Positions 23,620-38,283 of a DNA stretch of 64,000 bases are shown piece by piece; the first letter of the stretch is position 1; the number at the start of each line of letters is the position of its first letter. Position numbers and translations under genes: made by a program. The notes below the pieces were generated by a model, which saw nothing but the letters and a program-made list of their open reading frames with translations, had not been told where the DNA came from and did no database searches. Where the stretch lies: assembly GCA_036785375.1 (NCBI GenBank), contig JAWMAR010000865.1, positions 1-64,000 on the forward strand. Direction: 5' to 3'. The DNA is from Leucoraja ocellata. Its lineage: Eukaryota.

Positions 23620-26010
23620 GTTGTTCCTGATATAGTGGTGGTCAGAGGATCTGGGGTGACGGAGGAACTGAAGGAAATCCACATTAGGCAGGAAATGGTG
23701 TTGGATAGACTGATGGGACTGAAGGATGATAAATCCCCAGGGCCTGATGGTCTGCATCCCATGGTACTTAAGGAAGTGGCTCTAGAAATCGTGGATGCAT
23801 TGGTGATAATTTTCCAATAGAAACATAGAAACATAGAAATTAGGTGCAGGAGTAGGCCATTCAGCCCTTCGAGCCTGCACCGCCATTCAATATGATCATG
23901 GCTGATCATCCAACTCAGTATCCCGTACCTGCCTTCTCTCCATAACCCCTGATCCCCTTAGCCACAAGGGCCACATCTAACTCCCTCTTAAATATAGCCA
24001 ATGAACTGGCCTCAACTACCCTCTGTGGCAGAGAGTTCCAGAGATTCACCACTCTCTGTGTGAAAAAAGTTCTTCTCATCTCGGTTTTAAAGGATTTCCC
24101 CTTTATCCTTAAGCTGTGACCCCTTGTCCTGGACTTCCCTAACATCGGGAACAATCTTCCTGCATCTAGCCTGTCCAACCCCTTAAGAATTTTGTAAGTT
24201 TCTATAAGATCCCCTCTCAATCTTCTAAATTCTAGAGAGTATAAACCAAGTCTATCCAGCCTTTCTTCATAAGACAGTCCTGACATCCCAGGAATCAGTC
24301 TGGTGAACCGTCTCTGCATTCCCTCTATGGCAATAATGTCCTTCCTCAGATTTGGAGACCAAAACTGTACGCAATACTCCAGGTGTGGTCTCACCAAGAC
24401 CCTGTACAACTGCAGTAGAACCTCTCTGCTCCTATACTCAAATCCTTTTGCAATGAAAGCTAACATACCATTCGCTTTCTTTACTGCCTGCTGCACCTGC
24501 ATGCCTACCTTCAATGACTGGTGTACCATGACACCCAGGTCTCGCTGCATCACCCCCTTTCCCAATCGGCCACCATTTGGTCAATGTTCTATAGACTCAG
24601 GATCAGTTCCTGTGGATTGGAGGGTAGCTAATGTTATCCCACTTTTTAAGAAAGGCGGGAGAGAGAAAACAGGGAATAATAGACCAGTTAGCCTAACATC
24701 GGTGGTGGGGAAGATGCTGGAGTCAATTATAGAAGATTGGATAGCAGAAACAGGCTCGGTCCGAGTCAGCATGTGGGGAAATCATGCTTGACTAATCTTC
24801 TGGACATTTTTGAAGATGTAACTAGGAAAATGGACAAGGGAGAGCCAGTGGATGTAGTGTACCTGGACTTTCAGAAAGCATTTGATAAGGTGCAACATAG
24901 GAGATTAGTGGGCAAAATTAGGGCCCATGGTATTGGGGGTAGAGTACTGACATGGATAGAGAAGTGGTTGGCAGACAGGAAACAAAGAGTAGGGATTAAC
25001 GGGTCCCTTTCAGAATGGCAGGCAGTGACTAGTGGGATACTGCAAGGCTCGGTGCTGGGACCGCAGCTATTTACAATATACATCAATGATTTGGATGCAC
25101 ATCAATGCATTTCGTTGTCTCTGTACTGTACACTGACAATGACAATTAAATTGAATCTGAATCTGAATCTGAAGGGATTCAAAGCAACATTAGCAAATTT
25201 GCAGATGACACAAAGCTGGGTGGCAGTGTGAACTGTGAGGAGGATGCTATGAGAATGCAGGGTGACTTGGAAAGGTTAGGGGAGTGGGCAGATGCATGGC
25301 AGATGAAGTTTAATGCGGATAAATGTGAGGTTATGCACTTTGGTGGCAAAAACAGGAAGGCAAACTATCTAAATGGTGTCAAGTTGGGAAAAGGGGAAGT
25401 ACAATGAGGAGTAAAGAGGTCCTTCTGCAGTTGTACAGAGCCCTAGTAAGACCACACCTGGAGTATTGTGTGCAGTTTTGGTCCCCTACTTTGAGGAGGG
25501 ACTTTCTTGCTATTGAGGGCTTGCAGCGGAGGTTTACAAGGTTAATTCCCAGGATGGCGGGGCTGTCATATACTGAAAGAATTGAACAGCTGGGCTTGTA
25601 CACTCTGGAGTTTAGAAGGATGAGAGGGTATCTCATTGAAACATGCAAGATTGTTAAGCGTTTGGACAAGCTTGAGGCAGGAAACATGTTCCCGATGTTG
25701 GGGGAGTCCAGAACCAGGGCCCACAATTTAAGAATAAGGGGTAAGCCATTTAGAACGGAGACGAGGAACTTTTTCTCACAGAGAGTTGTGAGTCTGTGGA
25801 ATTCTCTGCCTCAGAGAGCGGTGGAGGCAGGTTCTCTAGATGCTTTCAAGAGAGAGCAGGATAGGGCTCTTAAAAATAGAGGAGTCAGGTTATATGGGGA
25901 GAAGGCAGGAACAGGGTACTGATTGGGGATGATCAGCCATGATCACATTGAATGGCGGTGCTGGCTCGACGGACTGAATGGCCGATTCCTGCACCTATTG
26001 TTTATTGTTT
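23620..26010 (+). mobile_element. CR1 ORF2 fragment interrupted by an antisense CR1
   Basis: KSPGPDGLHP...IIFQ / CSIDSG..DWRVANV..YLDFQKAFDKV continues across the 23818-24580 insertion. Confidence 0.88.
23818..24580 (-). mobile_element. Nested 5'-truncated CR1 LINE
   Basis: ORF 23915-24565 is the RT C-terminus; (TTCTATGT)n tail; CAAT on both flanks. Confidence 0.92.
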
Positions 26011-26439
26011 TTGTACAAGATTCCAGAACCCTGAATTGAAAGAATCTCGAATGAAATATGTTAGGAAATATCTAATGCCAATTAGGAAATACCAATTAAA
26101 CTATAAATCTGGATATCTTTGGAGTATGGGAGGACCCCAGAACATATGTGGAAAACACACTTGGTCACAGGAAGAGTATTCAAACTCTGTACGGATAACA
26201 CATGGTGTCAGTTTCAAACCCAAGTATCTGGTGCTGTGAGGCAGCAACTCTACCACTGTGCTGCCCAATCTTTCCACAAACACTGAAACCCAAGAGAGGG
26301 TTTGAAACAGCGGCCTTACCTTAACGTCATCTCCATAAAGACTAGATCCTGAGACAATAGACAATAGGTGCAGGAGTAGGCCATTCGGCCCTTCGAGCCA
26401 GCACCGCCATTCACTGTGATCATGGCTAATCATCCACAA

Positions 26440-26790
26440 CGGCAAACTTTGACCGCCTGAATCGAGGAGTATAAATCAACCCGGAGCGGGGCCTTACATC
26501 ACCTGGCGCGGCTTAAACAGCCGCAGGACTTACCATTACCCACCGGGGCCTCTAACATCAAGAGCCTCGATCAGCTCGATGCAGCAGTTTGACTGCTTGA
26601 CTGTGGGCAAGAGATAAGACTTTTGCCTTCCATCACAGTGAGGAGGTATTTGGAGATTCACTGTGATGGATGTTTGTGTGGAATTGTGTTCATTGTGTGT
26701 TTTTTTTTGTTGTTGTTATGACTGCAGGAAAGTAATTTTGTTTGAACCTATGTTTCAATGACAATAAACAGCATTCAGATTCTCTGATGC
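26440..26790 (+). mobile_element. Non-autonomous retroelement fragment related to the 18S insert at 3748-4637
   Basis: Shared GGAGCGGGGCCT, CCATCACAGT...TGTGATGGATGTTT and AATGACAATAAA motifs. Confidence 0.6.
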
Positions 26791-29439
26791 TGATTCAGAC
26801 TGATGTATTTGGGAGAAAGCTGGAAAGAGACGAGAGCAGGGCAGAGCCTGGTGAGTGATTCTGGATACAGTTGGGGGCTGATTAGCAGATTGTGGAGTAC
26901 TGACAAAGGCTAGAGGTGAAGAGGAGACGAGTGTCAAACAAGGGGAAGAGAGGTGTCATGCAAAGCCAGGGGGAAGGATCAGGGAAAGAGGGGAATGTGG
27001 GACAGGGATGAGTATACAGAGGAGGGGAAGGGGTAGGGAGACCGTTGAGTGAGGTGCACACCAGGGTGGGGAGTGCAGGGAAAGAGGGTGTTTCCCTTAA
27101 TCAATACGCTCATTCCCATCTCCAAATCTCATTTCCTTTAATCCCCTCCCGTCCCCTTACACCTGAAAACCTCATTCCATTCAAAACCGACGCTAGGGTC
27201 GGGTGATCGGGCGTAGGGAAGGGTAGTGGGATAAATCTCCGCTTTTTTCACTTTTTCGTTGGTTCAGAGGTTTTTCTTTTTTATCTTTCGTGTCTTTTAC
27301 AAAATTCTTTCTTTTCTTTTTCCTTTCCTTTCTTTTCATTTTTCTTTTTTCCGATTTAGTTTTTAGTTCATAAAATGTTAAAATTGAAGCTTACGAACAT
27401 TGTATAATTACTATGTCGATGACTTGTACAATTGCTTCTAATAAAATAAATATTAAAATAAAAAGCAGAGATTCCAGTCTTTGGAGATCCTTCGTGGAAA
27501 TGAACACAATTTGGTCACACCTTCAGAAAAGAGCAGAGGGGATAGGAGATGTATTCTGGCAACACTGACAAAAAAATACTAAACCAAATAGATTTAGACC
27601 TCTTCCAAAAAAAAACAGTATGGTGAATGGAATGCAGGATTACTTAATTTGTATTGACACTTAAAACAAGTGTCATGAACACTAAACTACTTCCACTGCA
27701 ACAGGAACCAACTAGGATTACTTTAGGGAATATAAAGAAGTCTACAAAGAATGCTGGATGTACTCAGTTGGTCAGGCACCATCTGCTGGACAGATGTTTC
27801 AGGTTGGGATCCTTCAGACTGAGAGAGTAGTGGAGAAATCTGGAAAGATGTGGGAGCAGGACAAAAGCTGGCAAGTGATGTGGATAGACACAAATGCTGG
27901 AGTAATTCAGTGAGATGGGCAGCATCATGGCAGAGAAGGAATGGGTGATGTTTCAGGTAGAGGCTGTCCTTCAGACAACAAATACAAGCAATTGGCACTT
28001 GGTGGAGCAATGACAAAGGCGAGAGGTGAAGAGGTGACAAAAGGTTTAGATGAGGAGAGAGAGAGATGTGAAGCTGGAGGGCGGGATATGGGTCGAAGGG
28101 TAAAGAGGCAAAGATGAATGTCAGGAATGGGAGATGAGTGTGGAAAGAGGGGAAGGTGCAGGGTGAATGGGTGATGCGGGGAAAGGGAGAGTCTTCAGTA
28201 CATTCATCCCTTTTCCCCATCCTATCCCATTGCACTCATATTCCTTCTACCAGGTTTACAGTTCACACCTTGCTTTCTCCTTCTGAGATGTTCATAAATC
28301 ATAGCAGCGATGACAGAGGGTTCATGGCCCCGACCACGGATGAACAAAGGAGGAGGACTGACTGAACCTTGTTGCCTTTCGCCACAGTGAAGAATGCTGT
28401 GCTGGATGTTTTGTGTTAAATTCTATTGTGTATTGTGTGTTCTTTTTAAGTGTATCGCTGCTGGCACATTCATTTCACTGCACCTTTGGGTGCATGTAAC
28501 AAATACAATTGACTTTGACTTTTACACCTTTAGCCTTTGTCACTTACTGATTCAATTATTTTTTGTCACATGTACCATGTGAAACAATGAAATGCTTTGT
28601 TTTCCATAAAACCTAGTAAAATCACGTGGCTGACCTCACCTGGGCAGTACACGATGTTTTGGTGTTCCACCCATCTGGCAATTTCCTCTCCCCCCCCCCC
28701 CCCCCCCACCTGCATCCAGCCATCACTTGCTAGACTATTGCCCCAGCTCACTTTCCCAGCTTTCTCCCTTTACTCCATCAAGCTGAAGGCTTCTGACCTG
28801 ATACTTCATTGGTCCATTCCTTCCAGATGTTGCCTGACCCACTGGTTTACTCCAGCACACTTTTTTCTCCCTCAAGATTCCAGCACCGTGAATTCTAGTA
28901 TTTTAAACCAAGAATAATCAGGAAAATACTTTCTGCTCCAAACATTTATTGGTCTGAAACCAGAGGTGGTTCTAAACAGGTCCTTACCTGCATCCCATCT
29001 CCATACAGTTCAGGTCCTGACAGATTGACAAAGTCAGACAATTCAAATTAATACACCACTAATGATTCAAAATCTCCCACCATCTTCATCCCACCCTTAA
29101 TCTCACAGCAATACTTTTAACGACAAGGATTCGAAGGGCCTGAGCTCAGGGCAAGGTTGGGCAGGCAAAGAGGAGGCAGAAACGGTGCAAGAGAGAGGGT
29201 GTCCGTGCTAGGCTGAGAGATAATGCTAGCTGGCCGGCCAGCTCTCCCATCTATCCTACTCTCCAACGCCCGCTTCCTGGAAAACAAACTGGACAACATC
29301 CAACTACAGAGGAGTACACAGCGAGAGACTAGGGACTGCTGTGTCTGTGTTTTACTGAGACATGGCTCAACGATCGAGTCCCGGACGTGGCCATTCAGCT
29401 AGCCGGGCTAGTCTCGTACTGAGCTAACAGAGCCCCATC

Positions 29440-30120
29440 ACAGGTACACAAAAATGCTGGAGAAACTCAGCTGGTGCAGCCGCATCTATGGAGCGAAGGA
29501 AATAGGCGACGTTTCAGGCTGAAACCCTTCTTCAGACTGATGGGGGGTGGGGGGGAGAAGGAAGGAAAAGGGGAGGAGGAGGAGCCCGATGGCGGGGGGA
29601 TGGGAGGAGACAGCTCGAGGGTTAAGGAAGGGGAGGAGACAGCAAGGCCTAGCAAAACTGGGAGAATTCAACGTTCATGCCATCCGGCCGCAAGCAACCC
29701 AGGCGGAATATGAGGTGCTGTTCCTCCAATTTCCGGTGTTGCTCACTCTGGCAATGGAGGAGACCCAGGACAGAGAGGTCGGATTGGGAATGGGAGGGGG
29801 AAGTTGAAGTGCTGAGCCACTGGGAGATCAGATTGGTTATTGCGGACTGAGCGTAGTTGTTCGGCGAAACGATCGCCCAACCTACGCTTAGTCTCCCCGA
29901 TGTAAATCAGCTGACACCTAGAGCAGAGGATGCAGTAGATGAGGTTGGAGGAGATACAGGTGAACTTTTGTCGCACCTGGAACGACTGCTTGGGTCCTTG
30001 AATGGAGTCGAGGGGGGAGGTGAAGGGACAGGTGTTGCATTTCTTGCGGTTGCAACGGAAAGTGCCCGGGGAGGGGGTGGTACGGGAGGGAAGGGAAGAA
30101 TTGTCAAGGGAGTTGCGCGG
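29440..30120 (-). mobile_element. Penelope-like element 3' fragment (GIY-YIG endonuclease plus terminal repeat with hammerhead-like core)
   Basis: FTCISSNLIYCILCSRCQLIYIGETKRRLGDRFAE; rc CTGAAGA-AGGGTTTCAGCCT-GAAAC-GTC at 29508-29535. Confidence 0.85.
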
Positions 30121-31151
30121 TAAGACTCGAGTTGGTGGCCTGTGTGTTTACATCAACACTGACTGGTGCAACAACTCTGTCTTAGTCTCCAAGTTCTGTT
30201 CATTGCTGGTGGAGAATGCGATTGTGAGATGTAGACCTTTTTATTTGCCACGGGAGTTTACCACAGTGTTCATTGTTGCTGTTCACATCCCCCCCCAGTG
30301 CTAATGCTAAGGAAACACTAGCTGTACTGTACTGTATGGAGCTTTATGCAATCTACAAAACACACACCCAGAAGGACTGTTTATTGCCGTAGGAGATTGT
30401 AACCGTGCAAATCTCAAAACTGTGCTTCCTAAATTTTACCAACATGTGGACTTTGCAACGAGAGGGGAGAAGGTGCTAGATCTTGTTTACACCAATATGC
30501 CCAGCGCGTACAGGGTGGAGTCACGCCCCCATCTCGGATACTCAGACCACATCTCTGTCATGCTGATCCCAGCATACACACTGCTTGTCAGATGCTCCAG
30601 ACCAGCTAAGAAACAGGTGAAGACCTGGCCAGCAGGAGCCATCTCTGCTCTCCAGGACTGCATTGACTGGCACATGTTTAGGGAGGCACCACTGGCTTGG
30701 AGGAGTACACGGCATCAGTGACTGGTTACATCAGTAAATACATTGATGACATTACTGTCACTGAGCTCATCACCACACGTCCCCAACAGTAAACCATGGA
30801 TGACTGCAGAGGTACGTGCGCTGGTGAATGCCCGAGACACGGCCTTCAGAGCAGGCGATAAGGAGGCCCTGAGAACAGCGAGGGCCAAACTGTCCCGGGA
30901 CATCAGGGAAGCAAAGCGAGCGCAAGCAAGGAAAATCCACGGCCACTTCAGTGACGGCAGGGACACACTGAAGCTGTGGCAAGGCATCCAAGCCATCACC
31001 AACTTCAGGACATCAACACCAGCCTATGACAGCGATGTATCTCTGGCTGATGCGCTGAACATGTTCTACGCCCGGTTTGAAGCACAGAACGACGTGGTGG
31101 CGAGGAAGACCACCCCCGCCCCCCCCCCCCCCCCCCTGCGACCAGGTGGCT

Positions 31152-32552
31152 ATAGAAGCATAGAAGCATAGAGACATAGACACATAGACACATAGACACA
31201 TAGACACATAGAGACATAGAGACATAGAGACATAGACACATAGAGACATAGACACATAGACACATAGAGACATAGACACATAGACACATAGACACATAGA
31301 AACATAGACACATAGACACATAGAAACATAGAGACATAGACACATAGACACATAGACACACAGAGACATAGAGACATAGACACATAGACACATAGACACA
31401 TAGACACATAGACACATAGAGAGATAGAGACATAGAGACATAGACACATAGAGACATAGACACATAGACACATAGAGACATAGACACATAGAGACATAGA
31501 GACATAGAGACATAGACACATAGACACATAGACACATAGAGACATAGAGACATAGACACATAGACACATAGACACACAGACACATAGACACATAGAGACA
31601 TAGACACAGAGACACATAGACACATAGAAACATAGAGACATAGACACATAGACACATAGACACACAGACACATAGACACATAGAGACATAGAGACATAGA
31701 CACATAGAGACATAGACACATAGACACATAGAGACATAGAGACATAGAGACATAGACACATAGACACATAGAGACATAGACACATAGACACATAGAGACA
31801 TAGAGACATAGATACATAGACACACAGACACATAGAGATAGACACATAGACACATAGAGACATAGAGACATAGACACATAGAGACATAGACACATAGAGA
31901 CATAGAGACATAGACACATAGACACATAGAGACATAGACACATAGACACATAGAGACATAGACACATAGAGACATAGAGACATAGAGACATAGACACATA
32001 GACACATAGAGACATAGAGACATAGACACATAGACACATAGACACATAGAGACATAGAGACATAGACACATAGACACATGGACACATAGACACATAGACA
32101 CATAGAGACATAGACACATAGACACATAGACACATAGAGACATAGACACATAGAGACATAGAGACATAGAGACATAGACACATAGACACATAGACACATA
32201 GACACATAGAGACATAGACACATAGACACATGGACACATAGAGACATAGACACATAGACACATAGACACATAGACACATAGACACATAGACACATAGAGA
32301 CATAGAGACATAGACACATAGACACATAGACACATAGAGACATAGACACATAGACACATAGACACATAGACACATAGACACATAGACACATAGAGACATA
32401 GAGACATAGACACATAGACACATAGACACATAGACACATAGACACATAGACACATAGAGACATAGACACATAGACACATAGACACATAGAGACATAGACA
32501 CATAGACACATAGACACATAGAGACATAGACACATAGACACATAGAGACATA
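31152..32552. repeat. 8-bp satellite (GACACATA/GAGACATA)n, ~1.4 kb; expanded CR1 tail
   Basis: Array starts exactly at the 3' end of the minus-strand CR1 and is a variant of its (ACATAGAA)n tail. Confidence 0.95.
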
Positions 32553-33990
32553 GAAAATAGGTGCAGGAGGAGGCCATTCAGCCCTTCGAGCCAGCACCGC
32601 CATTCATTGTGATCATGGCTGATCGTCCCCAATCAATAACCCGTGCCTGCCTTTTCCCCATATCCCTTGACTCTACTACCCCAGAGCTCTATCTAACTCT
32701 CTCTTAAATACACCCAGTGACTTGGCCTCCACTGCCCTCTGTGGCAGGGAATTCCACAAATTCACAACTCTCTGGGTGAAAAAGTTTGTTCTCACCTCAG
32801 TCTTAAATTGCCTCCCCTTTGTTCTAAGACTGTGGCCCCTGGTTCTGGACTCGCCCAACATTGGGAACATTTTTCCTGCCACTAGCTTGTCCAGTCCTTT
32901 TATAATTTTATATGTTTCTATAAGAATCCCCCTCATCCTTCTAAACTCCAGTGAATACAAGCCTGGTCTTTTCAATCTTTCCTCATATGACAGTCCCGCC
33001 ATCCCAGGGATCAATGTCGTGAACCTACGCTGCACTGCCTCAATCACAAGAATGTCCTTCCTCAAATTAGGAGACCAAAACTGTACACAATGCTCCAGGT
33101 GTGGTCTCACCAGAGCTCTATACAACTGCAGAAGAACCTCTTTACTACTATACTGAAATCCTCTTGTTATGAAGGGCAACATTCCATTAGCTTTCTTCAC
33201 TGCCTGCTGTACCTGTAAGCCAACTTTCAGTGACCGGTGTACAAGGACACCCAGGTCTCGCTGCACCTCCCCCTTATCTAACCTAACCCCATTGAGATAA
33301 TAATCTGCCCCCTTGTTTTTGCCGCCAAAGTGGATAACCTCACATTTATCTATATTATACTACATCTGCCACGCATCTGCCCACTCACTCAACCTGTCCA
33401 GGTCACCCTGCAACCTCCTAACATCCACTTCACAGTTCACACTGCCACCCAGCTTTGTGTCATCCGCAAACTTGCTAGTGTTGCTCCTAATTCCCTCTTC
33501 CAATTCATGAATATATATATGGTAAACAGTTGCGGCCCCAACACCGAGCCTTGCGGCACTCCACTCGCCACTGCCTGCCATTCTGAAAAGGACCCGTTCA
33601 CTTCTACTCTTTGCTTCCTGTCTGCCAACCAATTTTCTATCCATGTCAACACCCTACCCCCAATACCATGTGCTCTAATTTTGGTCACCAGTCTCCCGTG
33701 CAGGACCTTATCAAAGGCTTTCTGAAAGTCTAGATACACTACATCCACTGGCACCCCTTCATCCATTTTACTTGTCACATCCTCAAAAAATTCCAGAAGA
33801 TTAGTCAAGCATGATTTCCCTTTCATAAAACCATGTTGACTTGGACTAATCCTTTTACTGCTATCCAAATGCCCCATTATCACCTCTTAATAATTGACTC
33901 CAGCATCTTTCCCATCATCGAAGTCAGGCTATCTGGCCTGTAATTCCCCGTTTTCTCTCTCGCTCCTTTCTTGAAAAGTGGGATAACATT
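32553..33990 (-). mobile_element. 5'-truncated CR1 LINE
   Basis: [35 protein letters not shown]-terminus. Confidence 0.92.
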
Positions 33991-35035
33991 TGCGCTGCGC
34001 TACCTCATAACGCTGCACTCTCTGAATAGCAAGAATGTCCTTCCTCAAATTAGGGGACCAAAACTGTACACAATACTCCAGGTGTGGTCTGACTAGGGCC
34101 CTGTACAACTGCAGAAGGACCTCTTTGTTCCTATACTCAAATCTTCTTGGTAGAAAGGCCATGCAAACCTCTTCTCTTGAGCTTGGCAGTCTGAATCTAG
34201 TGCCATAACTATTCATAACTGTGTTCATACTGAATCAGATTTTGACGGTGTGAGACGCGTATTGGCTTTTGATGGTATGATACGGGAATTTGCTAGGATA
34301 AACTGAATTCAGGAAGGTCAGAGGGGGCAGACATACCCCCATCCATATAAACGGGACTGAGGTGGAGCGCGTCTCCAACTACAAATTCCTCGGGGTACAT
34401 ATCTCGGAGGATCTGTCCTGGTCCCTCAACACCTCCAAGCTGATCAAAAAGGCACAGCAGCGCCTTTACTTCCTGAGGAGGCTCAAGAAAGCTCACCTGT
34501 CCCCCCAGATCCTGACCAACTTTTACCGCAGTACCATCAAAAGCAACCTGACCACCTGCTTCACGGTATGGTACAGCAGTTGCACCGTAGCGGACAGGAA
34601 GGCACTACAACGGGTGGTGAAAACAGCGCAGCACATCATCGGTGCCCCGCTCCCTGCCATGGATGCCCTCCACCGAAAACGGTGTCCGAGACGGGCCGGG
34701 AAGATCATCAAAGACCCCTCCCACCCCAACCATGGACTGTTTGCCCTCCTCCCATCAGGGAGGCGGTACAGGAGCCTCAGGTCTCGTACCAGTAGGACGA
34801 GGAACAGCTTCTACAACAACACAATCACATTGCTGAACTCGGAGTCCCGCCGATAGATTTCTCCAGTCTCTCCGTCCACACCGTTCGATTTCGATTATTG
34901 TTTGATTATTCTGTATTTTTATTGTTATTTCTATATTGCACTATACTATGGACTGACGCTAAACTGCATTTCGTTGTACCCATACTCGTATTTGTGCAAT
35001 GGCATTAAAGTTGAATTGAATTGAATTGAATTGAA

Positions 35036-36340
35036 ATGATAATTAAAGGCTTGATGATAGATATGCAATGGCAAACATTTAAAGATCCTATGGATGAATT
35101 GCACCAATTGTTCACCCGTCAGGTGTAAAAATAAAACAGGGAAGGCGGCTCAACAGTGGCAAATAATGGAAATTAGGGAATATTAAATCCAGGCATATAA
35201 ATTGGCCAGATAAAGCAACAAACTGGGAGAAATTTAAATTTAATATTTAACAGAGGAGGACAAATGGATGAATTAAGTGGGGGTAAATAGAGCATGAAAG
35301 GAAACTTGCGGGGGAAATATTAGTGAAGACAAATATAGGCCCCTTACAGTCAGAAACAGGTTAATTTATACTGGGAAACAAGAAATTGGCAGACCAGTTA
35401 CACAAATACTTTGGTTCTGTCTTCACTAAGGAAGACACAAACAATCTTCCAGAAATACAAGGGGACCGAGGATCTAGTGGGAGGGAGGAAGTTAAGGGAA
35501 TCCACATGATTCAGGAAATGTTGTTAGGTAAACTGTTGGGACAGAAGACATGTAAATCCCCAGGGCCTGATGGTCTGCATCAGAAACAACACAAGGAGGT
35601 GGCCCTCGAAATCGCGCATGTATTGGTAATCATTTTCCAATGTTCTATAGACATTTGATTAGTTCCAGTGAACTGGAGGGTACCTAATGTAACCTCACCT
35701 TTTAAGAAAGCGGGGAAAGAGAAAACAGGGAATTATAGACCAGTTAGCCTGACATTGGTAGTGGGTTGTACAGGGCTCTGGTGAGAACACACCTGAGCAT
35801 CAGGTGCAATTTTGGTCTCCTAATTTGCGGAAGGACGTTCGTGTCAATGAATGAGCACAGCGTAGGTTCACAGGGTTAATTCCCGGGATGTCTGGACAGA
35901 CATATGATGAAAGAATGGATCGACTGGGCTTAAATGAAGGGATTAAGATGGGTGAGAGGAGATCTTATAGAAAGATATATAATTCTTAAGGGTTTGGACA
36001 GGCTGGATGCAGGAAAAATGTTCCTGATATTGGGGGTTCAGACCTATGGGTCACGGTTTAAGAATAAGGATTAGGCCATTTAGTACTGAGATGAGGAAAA
36101 CCTTTTTTTTAACAAGAGAGTTGTGAATTTGTGGAATTCTCTGCCTCAGAAGGCAGTGGAGGCCAATTCACTGGATGTTTTCAAGAGAGAGCTAGATATA
36201 GCGCTTGGGGCTAATGGAATCAAAGGATATGGGGAGAAAGCAAGAACGGGTAATGATTTTGGACGATCACATTGAATGACGGTTTGTGCTCGATAGGCCA
36301 AACGACCTCCGCCTGCACCTATTTTCTATGTTTTTATATT
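35036..36340 (+). mobile_element. Degraded CR1 ORF2 fragments
   Basis: YFGSVFTKED, KSPGPDGLH, CR1 3' UTR. Confidence 0.75.
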
Positions 36341-36804
36341 TAACTAATGTGTTCAAAGTAACCTGCGAACCCTGGTATACCTGCTTTCTGCACTGTGGGA
36401 TCAATTAACCTGTTCCTTTCTATATAACTTGCTAGCCTCTGTGCCACTATGCTAAAGAAAATCTTGCCATCTACATTTAGGAGACAAACAGCCTAAACTG
36501 ATTTAACTCTGGAGACTCTTTCTTCTAGGGAATGAACATTCCCCCTGCTCTATGCCAAACCCTTGGTATGACCTGCTTCTACCAAACTATTGGACAGAGC
36601 CTCTGTGAGAATCTAAGCACATCAGGTGCACTTTTATTTACCCGGTAAGGGACTCCATTCAGTCCCGGTGCAGATGAAGCCTTTCCACGCCATATTACTG
36701 CTTCCACTTCCTTCCACTTTTGTGGCAAAACATCTAACTCTAACATCTGTCTCCTAAGGTGGTAACTCTGGAGGGAGACACGGGCCCGATACTGGGGCCC
36801 ATGA

Positions 36805-38283
36805 CGACTGAGGATTGGCGGGTAGCAAACGTAACCCCACTTTTTAAGAAGGGAGGGAGAGAGAAAACGGGGAATTTCAGACCAGTTAGTTTAACATCGG
36901 TAGTGGGGAAACTGCTAGAGTCAGTTATTAAAGATGGGATAGCAGCACATTTGGAAAGTGGTGAAATCATTGGACAAAGTCAGCATGGATTTACGAAAGG
37001 TAAATCATGTCTGACGAATCATAGAATTTTTCGAGGATGTAACTAGTAGCGTGGATAGGGGAGAACCAGTGGATGTGGTGTATCTGGACTTCCAGAAGGC
37101 TTTCGACAAGGTCCCACATAAGAGATTAGTATACAAACTTAAAGTACACGGCATTGGGGGTTCAGTATTGATGTGGATAGAGAACTGGCTGGCAAACAGG
37201 AAGCAAAGAGTAGGAGTAAACGGGTCCTTTTCACAATGGCAGGCAGTGACTAGTGGGGTACCGCAAGGCTCAGTGCTGGGACCCCAGCTATTTACAATAT
37301 ATATTAATGATCTGGATGAGGGAATTGAAGGCAATATCTCCAAGTTTGCGGATGACACTAAGCTGGGGGGCCGTGTTAGCTATGAGGAGGATGCTAGGAG
37401 ACTGCAAGGTGACTTGGATAGGCTGGGTGAGTGGGCAAATGTTTGGCAGATGCAGTATAATGTGGATAAATGTGAGGTTATCCATTTTGGTGGCAAAAAC
37501 AGGAAAGCAGACTATTATCTAAATGGTGGCCGACTAGGAAAAGGGGAGATGCAGCGAGACCTGGGTGTCATGGTACACCAGTCATTGAAAGTAGGCATGC
37601 AGGTGCAGCAGGCAGTGAAGAAAGCGAATGGTATGTTAGCTTTCATAGCAAAAGGATTTGAGTATAAGAGCAGGGAGGTTCTATTGCAGTTGTACAGGGT
37701 CTTGGTGAGACCACACCTGGAGTATTGCGTACAGTTTTGGTCTCCAAATCTGAGGAAGGACATTATTGCCATAGAGGGAGTGCAGAGAAGGTTCACCAGA
37801 CTGATTCCTGGGATGTCAGGACTGTCTTATGAAGAAAGACTGGATAGACTTGGTTTATACTCTCTAGAATTTAGGAGATTGAGAGGGGATCTTATAGAAA
37901 CTTACAAAATTCTTAAGGGGTTGGACAGGCTAGATGCAGGAAGATTGCTCCCGGTGTTGGGGAAGTCCAGGACAAGGGGTCACAGCTTAAGGATAAGGGG
38001 GAAATCCTTTAAAACCGAGATGAGAAGAACTTTTTTCACACAGAGAGTGGTGAATCTCTGGAACTCTCTGCCACAGAGGGTAGTCGAGGCCAGTTCATTG
38101 GCTATATTTAAGAGGGAGTTAGATGTGGCCCTTGTGGCTAAGGGGATCAGAGGGTAGGGAGAGAAGGCAGGTACGGGATACTGAGTTGGATGATCAGCCA
38201 TGATCATATTGAATGGCGGTGCAGGCTCGAAGGGCCGAATGGCCTACTCCTGCACCTAATTTCTTTGTTTCTATGTTTCTATG
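36805..38283 (+). mobile_element. 5'-truncated CR1 LINE (RT domain)
   Basis: ORF 37051-38157 with [21 protein letters not shown] and FADDTK; (TTCTATGT)n tail. Confidence 0.95.

Larger units (their letters stand above)
29130..35035 (+). mobile_element. Rex1/Babar-type LINE split by later insertions (pieces ~29130-29435, 30120-31150, 34290-35035)
   Basis: ENKLD..; GGLCVYINTDWC..CRPFYLPREFT; [10 protein letters not shown]; [24 protein letters not shown]; (TTGAA)n tail. Confidence 0.85.

Noticed and set aside
31005-32632. 475-539 aa SMCLCVYV-repeat ORFs
   Set aside because: Translation of an 8-bp satellite that has no stops on one strand.
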